Assembly: GCA_051362555.1 (NCBI GenBank)
Contig: CM120640.1
Location: forward strand, 68,178,788-68,242,787
DNA: 64,000 nt
Direction of reading: 5' to 3'
DNA from: Lingula anatina
Taxonomy: Eukaryota > Animalia > Brachiopoda
The position numbers and the translations under genes were made by a program. Shown one piece after another: positions 35,576 to 51,201 of this stretch; within the stretch, counting starts at the first letter, position 1; each line of letters starts with the position of its first letter. The notes under the pieces were generated by a model. The model saw nothing but the letters and a program-made list of their open reading frames with translations, ran no database searches and was not told the DNA's origin.

Positions 35576-38500
35576 CGGTAAAGTGCCATGAATTTCGAAC
35601 GGCTCTTGAATTTCGAACGATCTTAAAATCGGCCGTCTGGAGTTTTTTCTGGACCATGAATTTCGGTCAGTAAGCAATTTTGCGCGATCTTGATTTCGTG
35701 AATTTCGTACACCTTAAAATCGGCCACCGGGCTATTCTCGCGCTTGTAAATATCTAACAGTCGGCAATGTTGCCCTAGCGTACCTTTACCTGAGTACTAC
35801 GTGTGCGGCCCAAGGTGCAAGATAACGATCAGTACAGTTAGTTTAGGACGCTAAACAACATCGTCATATCCATTCATTCAGATAACAGGAGAATCTATTA
35901 AGAGTTGTACTGTCGGGCTGTTGTTTCTTTACCGCAGTATTCGGTGTGAGATAGCGATCGGTAGTTTTGCTGAGGCGCACAATAGCATTGTTAACAGTAG
36001 AGACTTCAGTAACAGAACAAAAGAGCAATATTAAGAGCTGCAATAAAGATTACCATTATTGCTTTCTTGTCTCGCTCAGACACCCTGAGCTTCAGAGCTA
36101 ACTTGACACTAACCTTTTCACTGTAGCCTATCTCCATCGTGTCAAGTAACCTCTGACGAAAATAGTTTGACCTAGTTTATATAAGCCAATCGAATCCATG
36201 TTTCAAAAATTTTCACCAAAGTTTGGTGAAAACGCTGATTGGTTGATCGTCATTCGGCAATCCTCGGCTGATTCCGCAAGCTCCATACTAACAACATAGT
36301 TATTGTCGAGTGCGGAGACATCCGAGTAGTTCCGAGTGGTTCCGAGTGCATAACCGTACACAAAGAAAGCATGGAGTATATCGGAATTGAAACCAGAGCA
36401 GTATGATGCCCTGCATCATTATCTACTGAGGGATGATGTATTTTGCGTGCTGCCCACAGGTTACGGCAAGTCCCTGATATTCAGCCTTATCTTTGATTGG
36501 TCCAGATTTGAACAAAGCGCGTTTTGACTCGTTCGCGTTCATTGGCTAGATCGTTCAATGAGTCATTGAGTGCGGGCTTTAAATTTGATTGGCGGGCGGC
36601 GGGGGCACTCGAATCTGGTCAGAGGTTACTTGACACGATGGAGATAGGCTACAGTGAAAAGGTTAGTGTCAAGTTAGCTCTGAAGCTCAGGGTGCGCTCA
36701 GATCGTTCACGATCTCCCGCTAATGAGGTCCCTTGAAATGTACAAATGAAATGAAAAATATTTTTAAAAATTATAAATTCCGATGGGGAGGGATGGAGGG
36801 TTAAAAACAATCGAGAACGATCTCCGGCTGACGATCTGCCGCAAACGAAAGCCACTGAACGAGTATGAGCTTTCTCGTTTCACTCGGATTGCGACGCTGA
36901 TGATACGAAAATTGCGTTCTCGTCTCGCCCTTTGGCTTACGAAGTCTCTTTAACAAATATGAAAATTGCCTCCTGGTCTCTCTCGGATTGCAAACGATCT
37001 CTCGCTGAAAATTTGAAATTTTCCTTTTTGTCAATCAGCTTTGTCAGTTGCCGTGCGTATGAAGGTCCGGAAGGTGTCCCCTTTCACAAATTGGCCTGTA
37101 GTTTGCTTAGTGTTTTGTACCGCATGAAGGTCACTTTTGTCACTGCTGCATACGGCGTGGAATGTGTATCTTAAGGTTCATAGAAACATTTTATTGTGTT
37201 TTGTAAGCTTTAGGAAGTAGTTTCGTCGTGACTGAATATCAGCGTACACTACAAAGTAGTACCATTCATCTGTGACGCATCATAAAAGCTAGGTACGTCA
37301 AATTACTCTAAGAAAATTTCTTACAACGTCCACGGCTGTCCCGACAAGCCAAGACGTCATTTAAAAAAAAGTCGCAAGCCGTCTAGCCGTCTTTGAAAAT
37401 ATAGGCCGTCCGGTGATGTCAGCGGCCGTCCAAATGACGGCTGGACGGTTCGCTGGGAAAAGCCTTGCTCATAAGGGTATATTTATTTAACTAGGGGCTT
37501 ACTGACATCACCCAGCTTACATGCGGGTGCATGCCTTCCAAAATTATATTAAAGGATAAAATTGTAATATATCTAAGTATAATTGTTTGTAAATTTTGTA
37601 AAAATTGCCCATGCCACCCCGTTAGTTTGGAGGGTTAAGCTGGATCAAGTCCGTGTCAAAATTCTTTGAAACTTTGCAGGAAAAATCAATCTTCCTTTGT
37701 TTCTCTGGCTCCTTGCTTATCCCGATGATCAGATTTATCTAGTGCCCCAGGTCTGCTGGAGCAGCTCTTTGAAATAATACACAGGTAGATTTTTATCTGA
37801 GATAAATATCGCGTTCGATACACTCAAGACAAAAGCTACCTGTGAGCTGAAGGGCACTTTACCCTCTAATTAAGAGGTAAAGCAAGTTCCAGCTAGATGG
37901 ACGATTAAGATCGGACTTCAGATGGTAACTAATATTGTTTACCTCAGTTCTGTGAAAGCTAACGAGAAGGGTGTCAGAACAATGGTGCATATATAAATTA
38001 TACAGAGAATTTGTACATTCAGGTGACATTAACTTATAATCGACGGGGATTTTCGATAATATTCCTTGAAAAGTACACTAGATTTATAGAGAATAATATC
38101 ATGGTTGGCCAAAAAATTATATGTATCCGTGCGTATGCCTGGTTACGCCCCTGTCGCAAACCAGCAAACCATATCCTGCTGACTACATGAAAATTGCCTT
38201 CTAGCATGGACAAAAAGTCCAAGCTTCTATGCTTGCTCGGATCGCTGACGATCTCTTGCTGACGAATATAGTAACGAAGTCCCTTGAAATAGTGTGGAAA
38301 TTGGCTTATTATCGCGCTCAGATCGCTCACTATCTCCCATTGACGATCTTCCAGTCCCTTGAACGAATATAAAAACTGCCTTTTCGGTTTACTCTAGATT
38401 ACCAATCTCTCGCGTTTGTTTGAAGATGACAAAACGTACACGCTTTTCAAATGCGTACATTTACGCAACTATGCGCCAGGAAATCAGTTGCTGCTGCTGG

Positions 38501-39438
38501 TTAAGATTGGGTTGCCTGAGCGAAAAAAAAAAAAACGGCCCTGCACCCCCCCCCCCCAAACCTAGTATATTTGATCGCAGACAACAATCAGCGGTCATCT
38601 TGGTCGCAGCGCACGACGGAGAGAGACCGTAATACACAGTTCGGCTGCCGTGGCGAAGGCTACCTGTGCGATCTGCACGTCGATCTGCGGTCGTAGTGGC
38701 CTCCCCGCACGGAGGAGAGGCCGTAGTGCCGAGGCCGGCTTCTGCAGGGAAGGCTACGTATGCGTCGGAGACGCCGACCCGCGAACGGCGAGATGAGGAC
38801 GCATTCGCGCGTAAAGCTCCGCCCGACTTAAACGGTAAAGGCAACGAACCTGGTCGCGGAAGACACTTATCGCAGATGAAGGCTACCTGCACGTGCGCCA
38901 TAGACACTGATCGGCTGTCGTCTCGGTTTCAGTGCACGGAAAGGAGCAACGGTAACACTAACCTTCCATAGTAAAGGTTATCTGGCCGTGGCAGACGCTA
39001 ATCGTCGGCCGTCTCTCCCTCCGTCCACTCCCGTTCTGAGCGCCAGGATCGTTTTTGAAAAACGACACTAGTTTCTGGCTGCCAGAATCGCTTTTGAAAA
39101 ACGACACTACTGATAACGATGCTGTTTTGCGGCCCTAGACAAGAGTACCGCTCTATCTATGGGCCATACACAATGATCGGGTGAAAGTACGTGTATACCT
39201 TTGGTCGCAATTACCGACACTCACACATCATACATTATGGTAACGCTAAATAGATCGTCGGGAGACGATAACAGAAGGCCTAGCGACGAACAGACAACTT
39301 CCGGTCAAAATTGACAGAATTCCATGAAATTCGAACTTTCAGGAGTTCTGAGCACCTCCTTTTCATGAATTTCGGCCAGAACGATCTTTTCCCAAATTTA
39401 ATTATTTTTTACTGTTCGAAATTCATGGCACATTACCG
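35576..39438. mobile_element. Non-autonomous Tc1/mariner-superfamily (pogo-like) element, 3.86 kb, with nested insertions
   Basis: TA|cggtaaagtgccatgaatttcgaac ... gttcgaaattcatggcacattaccg|TA; several subterminal gaatttcg motifs at both ends; no transposase ORF seen. Confidence 0.85.
36081..36694 (+). mobile_element. 614-bp TIR element with a RecQ-helicase remnant, copy 1
   Basis: Perfect 77-bp TIRs (caccctgagcttcagagc...), 8-bp TSD cgctcaga (36073-36080 / 36695-36702). The internal frame from 36381 reads SELKPEQYDALHHYLLRDDVFCVLPTGYGKSLIF. Confidence 0.92.
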
Positions 39439-39617
39439 TAGCATTTTATTTGATCCTATTGATTTTATTGACGACACCAAAATGAGGTACAGTTACATAC
39501 TTGTCTCTGTCTATATTGAAAAAGTTCAATAAGCAACGAGATAACTGACTAAATTTATTTGCGGTATTTTTTGTAATTATGCAAAGGATTTTAGGACAAA
39601 ATATTAATTATATTTCT

Positions 39618-43617
<4,000 letters not shown>

Positions 43618-45513
43618 CTTCGTGTCTCACGCGGACCTGTCGGGTTTTATTTTGAAACAGCCTTTTATGCATGCTGCATATCCCAATTTTAACTTTACAG
43701 TCTTATTTGTCGCATACTTATCTTGCAGTGCGTGTCTAAATACAGTGGTTAAGATGTAAACTCACGTACTGTCATATTGTGGAGTTCTCACACTTATGTA
43801 CTTGTAACATTTATTCGGTAAGTTTGGCTAAATTTATAATGAGAGGTGGTGGTGTTTCAGTTTCTTGTGCCTGTAATTTTGGTTTAAGGTAGAATTGTCG
43901 AATTTTATTCAAAATATCCCAATAAATTACATTATAATTGCGCTTCGGATACTCTTCCCGATTAAGTCACTTTTCAGTACCGTACCCTCTCCTAAATACA
44001 ATATCACCTACAAACTTACGTAACGTCTAACATAAAGCTCTGGAGTTAAGGCACATCTTTCGGAACTAAAAATATGTGTTTTTCAATAAAAACTGTCGTT
44101 AGCTTTCAAGAAAAACATCAGTGTTTGTTTCACACTTGGGTTTTTTGGTCACCCCGCAAAAAATCTTTATACGTAACTGATTACAACTATATTTTGGTCA
44201 TGCCACAGATCAATACCTTTATCAGTCATTTTGATTTCATGTTAAATTAATTAAAGTAAAATCGTAATGATTTCTACGTAATTAATCTAGTACGAGAATT
44301 CTTTAGAAAAATTTGATCATCAGAATTTAGTTTTCTGCCTTCCCTTTGTAAAATATAAGATACTATATATGAAAGTCCAAATAAAATACTAGTAGGAGTT
44401 CCAAAAGGAATCAAGTGGGAAGTGGTTCCCCTGTTCTCCGTTGATGATGGCAAGCCCTTAACGTATGAATTCATAATTAGACCTTGGTTGGAAAAAACTT
44501 GGGTTGTGATGGGCCAAGTGGCGATTGAAAATTACCATATGCCAAAAGAAATGTTTTATAGATCAGACTGTAAAGTTGTATATATTTCAGAACAGATTGT
44601 TTTACGGAATTCGAACTGGCTAGAGAACTTAAGCAGGTGTGACACAGAAACTTGTTAAACGGGGTTAAGTGTTATAATACAGTCAACGAGGTGCTTATCC
44701 GCATTCTACTTGTACTTCCAACTGATCAGCTTTAGTATACACTAATGCACTTTAAGCGTACGCCAGTCACGCAGTGTTGTAAATCATGCAATCAAACTTA
44801 AACTGTAGATTTCTGTTATGTATAACATATGGGGGGGGGGGGGGGGGATTAACGTAATGACATAAGGTTGTACGGATTTTAATTCGCAACCCTGATTCAA
44901 AAGCGCGTTTTCATGAAAGTGCACAAGAAGAAAAAGGTGAAGAGGTGAGAATAAGATATATTGATATGGCATCAAGAGTGAGATCAAAACGTATCAAAGT
45001 TTTATTCAATGTATTATATCTAGGTAAAACCTGCTAAATATATACATTGTGCTTTGATAATCATAACATACCCCGGGTATATGTGAATGCAAGTCACTAA
45101 GTAATGCATCCTCATTTTGTCATCTTTAAAAAGTATCTCCTTTTCATTCTCAAGTGTTAACATCGTCAGTTTCATTTTAACTGCGTATAAAAAACTGTAT
45201 CACAGTCTGCCTGAATGGATTGAGTTCAGGTGCGACCGTATACAAAACGGGAATAGCGCTTTACTATATATTATCATAACTGACAAAGTTTTCAAAAGTT
45301 GAGGTTCACCAGTACAATTCACCATCTTGACGAATGTGTTCTCAAGCGGTGCCTGTGGACGGACTTGTTCTAGTCTCATTGCTGAAGAGGGTCACAAATG
45401 CCCAAGTCAAGTTAGTTGCGGAATCTATCACAGAGAGTTAAACTTTCTCTTTTTTTATTGCTGTGGAGGCAGTGGAAGAGAGACTCCTGGCTCCCTCTTG
45501 CGCCAAGATGCTG

Positions 45514-46231
45514 TTATCGGATGTCCATCACGATGAACTCCCGTATATTTGGGTTCTGTCGTGTATCTGAGTCTGAAATAAAAAAAAAAAAAGAATGTAA
45601 ACATCAGTACAAACGTTTATATACTATGTAAAAATCGCATCAATCACACCAATAAAATTAAATAATAATGTTCTTTCTCAATAATAATTATCTTGGTTCT
45701 TTATTAATAAAGGTGACGTTTGTTCAATAACTGTAAAGCATAAGCTAGATCTAATAAGTTGATTTCTTATTTTTTTAAAGAACAGAGGACGTTCTGTAAC
45801 CATCAGAATCGTATTTACTAATTTTTAGAAAAAGCCTCCATACCTCGAGTTTGCCAGGTTTAACCCCATTTATTTTTCTGCAAGTTTAATATTACTATTT
45901 TGGCATAATCGTACGTAGTTTTGACATGTGTTTGTTCACTGGTTTGTCATCCCAATTTTATTCATATAATGCAGATTAGAAAACCATGTAATCCTTATTA
46001 CGCATGAGAACGGAAACTTTTTTCTATCTCTACTTTAACTTTGTACTGATAGTAGTCACACTTACTTCTAAAAGCTTTTATGATGTCACGAAACGAGCTG
46101 AACCAGTCGTCTTCCCCATGATGGCGGCGGTGCCTGTCCCGTGCCGGTGCAGCGTTTGTAGGCGGGACGCAGAGTGTGGACAAAACCAGAAATATGACGA
46201 AGGCAAACTGCAATGTCAGCCTGCTGCTCAT
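45514..46231 (-). CDS. Unrecognised 74-aa secreted prepropeptide
   Basis: cag|ATG at 46231; exon 46066-46231 (donor gtaagt) plus exon 45514-45572 (polypyrimidine acceptor) give MSSRLTLQFAFVIFLVLSTLCVPPTNAAPARDRHRRHHGEDDWFSSFRDIIKAFRNSDTRQNPNIREFIVMDIR*. Hydrophobic signal peptide and RHRR furin site. Confidence 0.72.
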
Positions 46232-47065
46232 CTGAAACAACAAATTTGAGAAAAATATGACAGAAATATTAAATCATTTTTGTGTCATTACAGAGACGGG
46301 TGATACCATAATTCTGAATCAGGCTCTACAAAGAGATGGCTTTAAACGCATTTCTGTTGATTATTTTGGTTCAATCGAAGCGGGTTTTCTTATTGGCTTT
46401 CATCACAATACATATCCGAAATGTTTAAACGGGATTAATCATTTAAAGCATCAAAATTCGAGATCTCTCACGGAAGCTCGCAATGACAAGATGTAGAGAA
46501 AAAGATAAAGTTGCTAATAAAGTATCTTGAACGAAGCCCTTTTCACATTGATCGGTACCCTTTACCACGGCCACAGATTGATTTTTCACTAGATATTAAC
46601 AGATAATGTCTCCGGCTAAATATCGTCAATCTTCTAACTGTGACCCTGTATTGAAATCTCTGGGTTGATTACATGACTGGTAATTGTTTGCATAACTACT
46701 CAGGAATTGCCACTTAAATATGTATTGCTAAGTCTCCCTGACAACAATCGAGACAGTTAATTGCTCTGAATTTAACCCCTTAATCTTTTGTAACAGATAA
46801 AAATTACCCTTTATGATAGTTTGTTACTTCAGATTGAAGTTAACTGAGGAATCTCCTTACATAGCTTCCTACAGAGCGGGTACAATGCCATCAATTGCTT
46901 CCATCTGGCCAAAAGTTACAGGGTGGCTGGTAGAAAATGTGCCTATAATATCTGCCGCCTCGTAGAGGGTACATCGGTAGACCGGTACATTTTCTGTACC
47001 GCACCAATTTCACTGGTCCTAACATGTAATTACGCTACGGGAGTTTTACCTCTTTTCATAAACCC

Positions 47066-47685
47066 CACCCTGAGCTTCAGAGCTAACTTGACACTAACCT
47101 TTTCACTGTAGCCTATCTCCATCGTGTCAAGTAACCTCTGACGAAAATAGTTTGACCTATTTTATATAGATCTAAGCCAATCGAATCCATGTTTCAAAAT
47201 TTTTCACCAAAGTTTGGTGAAAACGCTGATTGGTTGATCGTCAATCGGCAATCCTCGGCTGATTCCGCAAGCTCCATACTAACAACATAGTTATTGTCGA
47301 GTGCGGAGACATCCGAGTAGTTCCGAGTGGTTCCGAGTGCATAACCGTACACAAAGAAAGCATGGAGTATATCGGAATTGAAACCAGAGCAGTATGATGC
47401 CCTGCATCATTATCTACTGAGGGATGATGTATTTTGCGTGCTGCCCACAGGTTACGGCAAGTCCCTGATATTCAGCCTTATCTTTGATTGGTCCGGATTT
47501 GAACAAAGCGCGCTTTGACTCGTTCGCGTTCATTGGCTAGATCGTTCAATGAGTCATTGAGTGCGGGCTTTAAATTTGATTGGCGGGCGGCGGGGGCACT
47601 CGAATCTGGTCAGAGGTTACTTCACACGATGGAGATAGGCTACAGTGAAAAGGTTAGTGTCAAGTTAGCTCTGAAGCTCAGGGTG
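47066..47685 (+). mobile_element. 620-bp TIR element with a RecQ-helicase remnant, copy 2
   Basis: Near-identical to 36081-36694 (a few substitutions and one short indel); TSD ataaaccc (47058-47065 / 47686-47693); lies in intron 1 of the orphan peptide gene. Confidence 0.92.
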
Positions 47686-48300
47686 ATAAACCCCAATGTT
47701 TCAATCAAATTATTCCGTTTAACTGTTTACTTTGATTTTATGGTCTCTTTATCTTTCAATTTTCCATTGTTATTATCATTTCTTTGATAATCATTGCAAA
47801 ATCATTGCAAACCAAACTTTCAAAAAATCTAGTGGGATGGTAAAGAAAAGGAAATATTTCTTAAAGGGTACAAAAACGTACAGGCCTAAAATAATCCTCT
47901 TCTGTTATTTCAGTGTTTGATTTACATTTATTAAAACGTTAAAAGGAAAGGGACGATCATTTAAATAAAAACACATAAAGCCACTTGTATATATATCCTG
48001 AACAAATTTACAACATTTGAATGATAAGTTGCAAAAAAAGGAACATCAAATTTAGATGTTATCCTCGGAGGCTTCGTTATGTACTAGTATATGCTAATGA
48101 GTTTTGCGTGAAAATGCTATAAAAATGCTATAAAGATCCGTATTAATGACGTGATTCACGCCACTTATTTACCCCCACTTCCCTGTAATTTTGTATCTTT
48201 CATTTTATTATTTAAACCTTGCACTCACACTTTTATCGCTTTGGACTGATATCAGAAGACAAGCCATTTCAGCATTTTCAATTAAAACAAATGAACTTAC

Positions 48301-48419
48301 CTCTGATCTCTCTTTGTTCGTCGACCTCTGGACTTTTTGATCTTGTCTATACTGCTGGCGTGTGAACCACGGAACGAACGCATTTGCTCTCTTATTTATA
48401 ACAGCGGTGGTTCACACGC
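48301..48419 (-). promoter_or_regulatory. Probable TATA promoter and non-coding exon 1 of the orphan peptide gene
   Basis: TATAAATA on the minus strand at 48393-48400, TCA Inr-like site ~30 nt downstream (~48365), strong donor AG|gtaagt at 48301/48300. Confidence 0.55.
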
Positions 48420-48782
48420 GTCACTCGTGTGCACATCGCGGTAGCTTGCATGTTGTCACACATGAAGGCGTGCCATGCACTTGGTACAACACCAAGAGCT
48501 TAGAAGGGTAATAATAATCAAAAAGCTATTGTCATAAGATTTTGTGGTTTATAAATGTTTAGAGTATTATTTACAAGGTCACTATAATGACTGTCCGCGT
48601 CGAGGTTCGCTGACAATTCAGACTTGCATCGTGCATCGTGTGAAGTAAGGAAGTCCTGTTGAGAGGGCGGCGACCTTCCTAATATCGGTACATATGGTCA
48701 TCACCTTATCTCACCCCTGTAAGGTGTAAATGTTAACTACCTGCGTTATTCAAATGATAAATCGCGCCGCTTCATATTTAAA

Positions 48783-49224
48783 AGACCGTTCCCATAACCC
48801 TATTGTACTAGCTGGATCCATCTTACTCGGCAGGAATTCTCGCTGGCACGCCTACTCAAGCTGCTAGGGGGTAATCAGGGGCGGTTCCAGAATTATTTGA
48901 AGTGGGGTTCAGAACGACAGGTCTCGGATGCGAAGTCGAATATGACCCCGTTGGCGTGGGGTTCGGGGTCTGTTCAAGGGCCCCGGAAATGTTTTGGTAT
49001 TTTGGAGGGCAAACGGTGCCCTTTCGTAGGCCCACGGATTAGAACTATGATCCAACTATATTTTTCAGAAACCGAAGGGGGGGTTAGGACCCCCCCCCCT
49101 TCTAGCTATTTACTCCCCTAGTTACTCAAGGAGGCGTGCCAGACAATTCAGCTGATTATAATGAAAGCACTTCAGCACGTAAGTTCGATCCAGCTAGTAA
49201 GATGGATTTATGGGAACGCAGTCT
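48783..49224. mobile_element. Harbinger-like foldback MITE interrupted by a second small element
   Basis: Arms cgttcccataa..tactagctggatc / gatccagctagta..ttatgggaacg and ctggcacgcct / aggcgtgccag; ends resemble the 2737-2951 MITE. The central insert ~48877-49107 starts caggggcggttccag and ends in poly-C. Confidence 0.65.
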
Positions 49225-51201
49225 TAGACAGAATGCACTAGAACACCGCGATCATAAGTGAATCAAGAGTGTTTACGTTGATTTTACCCGCGGGTAAATA
49301 GTGCGGTTACTGCACAAAGACTTGATGGTCCTTTGTGTTGTACACGTTCAATTAAAATGCGTCTATTAAAAGGTTTAAAAATATTATATTAAGTTCTTCA
49401 AGATCAAAGCATAAAATATAAATTAAGTACCAGATTCCAGTGAAATGCGCGTGAGGAAATCCTGTTTAAGTACACTGACACCGGAAAAAAGGATAAATAA
49501 CCTCGGAAAATATGCCTTCAACCGAATGACACTTGGTAAAACTTACTGAGAACAGGTACATTAGAGCGAAAGCGCACCCTCAACTCCTACTAGAAACGAA
49601 AATAGGTGAGACGGGAGGGAGAAAGGGGATGTAAAAATGAATATCCTTATGATTTGCACAAATGGAACATTTTTTCCCTTTCATAGTACAGGTACGTTTA
49701 CATTAATCTTAGTCCATGTACCGCTTGATTTATCTTTTGTTTAATGCGATAAATTTGCGTGAAATAGTATTACATTTGCCTAAATAAAAACAGGGCGCAC
49801 AATTTGTCAAAATACTTAAGGTAAACATATTACTTGTCGCAAAAATCGGGCACACCGGAAATAAATTGAAAACTATAGGTTGCAGTTGGTAGATAAATGT
49901 AATGAATTGTTTACTCTTTGTCAATTGTCTACTCTCTAAAGGAATACGAAGCGCTTTATAACTTTCATATAATAAATAAAATTAATTTTCCAAAAATTTC
50001 AGCAATTTCCCCTTAATCGTTTAGGTACACCTTATCCAAAACTGTTGACAAAAAAAAAAATAAAAAAAAATAAATAAATAAAAAATTAATTAATTAATTA
50101 ATGGAATGGAAATGTTAATCTATAAAAGTGTAAAGCTGTCGGACAGCAATTTTTGCTGGATAGATTAAAAAACATTGAAACGGATTTAACTAAAAACATT
50201 TTATGAATGTTTTCTCTTCTCTCCGTCTTTCATTTTTGTGGTTCGACTTTTAAAATAACTGAGCAATCCCTGCATTGGCTATAAACAAGATGATTGCGTT
50301 ATTTGAACACAGCCGTTTTTCGTAAGCTACTCATCATGAAATATATAAATGTGGGTCACAATGACGAAATACTTAACAATGCTTTATTTTTTCACTTCGT
50401 ACCTTGAACATGATGTGCACTATATAAAATCTACAGCAATCCTGTCACATGACAATAAATCTACCAAATAAAGAATGTCCGTATATCTGAACATGGACAT
50501 AATGATCTGAATAATTCCAATGATGTTAATGTCAAGAAACTAGAAATTTGATTTTGGGAAGAATAAAAATGACCATAAATGATAGTATGTCTATTCTATA
50601 AATACATTAAATTATTAGGGACAATTCCATACTCAACAGTTTTTACCTCGCAACATCAAACTAACAAAATTTTCAGAGGGGGGAAATCGAAGCATTTCAA
50701 GTATTTGTGGGTGTTGAAATCAATGGAATAATACATGCAGAAAAGTTCCTTTCCTGTTATGAAAATTAGAACATCTAATAAATTCAACCTTTTCTTTTCC
50801 ATTATAATGTTCTTATAGGTAAGCATCTGGTAAAAAGATGTTTTTGTTCATAATTCTTGGGGGGAGCCTCAGCACATGTAGAACTTCCACATTTGGCTTG
50901 CAATTTTACTGAATTAACTATTATTATTTCATAACATGATTGACTAACATTTTAACTGGGGAGATGCATATTGACATACACCAGTATACACGCACACACA
51001 TGCTGTTTCTCCATTATTTATCCTCTTATAATTGTTTTTCTTTGACAAGTCTTGTCTAGACATTCAATTCCATTACCAATAAACCATTTTCCCTATCACA
51101 GAAAAATGATGCAACACAGTGCATGGCAGTGACAGATGTTTGGTACAACTGTTATATTTCAAATAACCATTACTTTCTGTCCATCTAAAATAACCAGTAA
51201 G

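Noticed and set aside
38461-38971. 148-aa (-) and 101-aa (+) ORFs
   Set aside because: No recognisable motif; such ORFs are expected by chance in a GC-rich stretch inside a transposon.
44422-44658. PLFSVDDGKPLT resembling a DIRS tyrosine-recombinase segment
   Set aside because: Only a short resemblance; no catalytic HxxR/Y motifs or element ends seen.
46010-46125. Mature orphan peptide as a secretin/glucagon/PACAP-family member
   Set aside because: It shares only an N-terminal His and similar length; the spacing of the D-G-x-F-T motif does not fit and there is no amidation signal.
48897-49121. tRNA-like or coding GC-rich segment
   Set aside because: No cloverleaf or A/B boxes; the ends and poly-G/C tracts fit a small non-autonomous DNA element.
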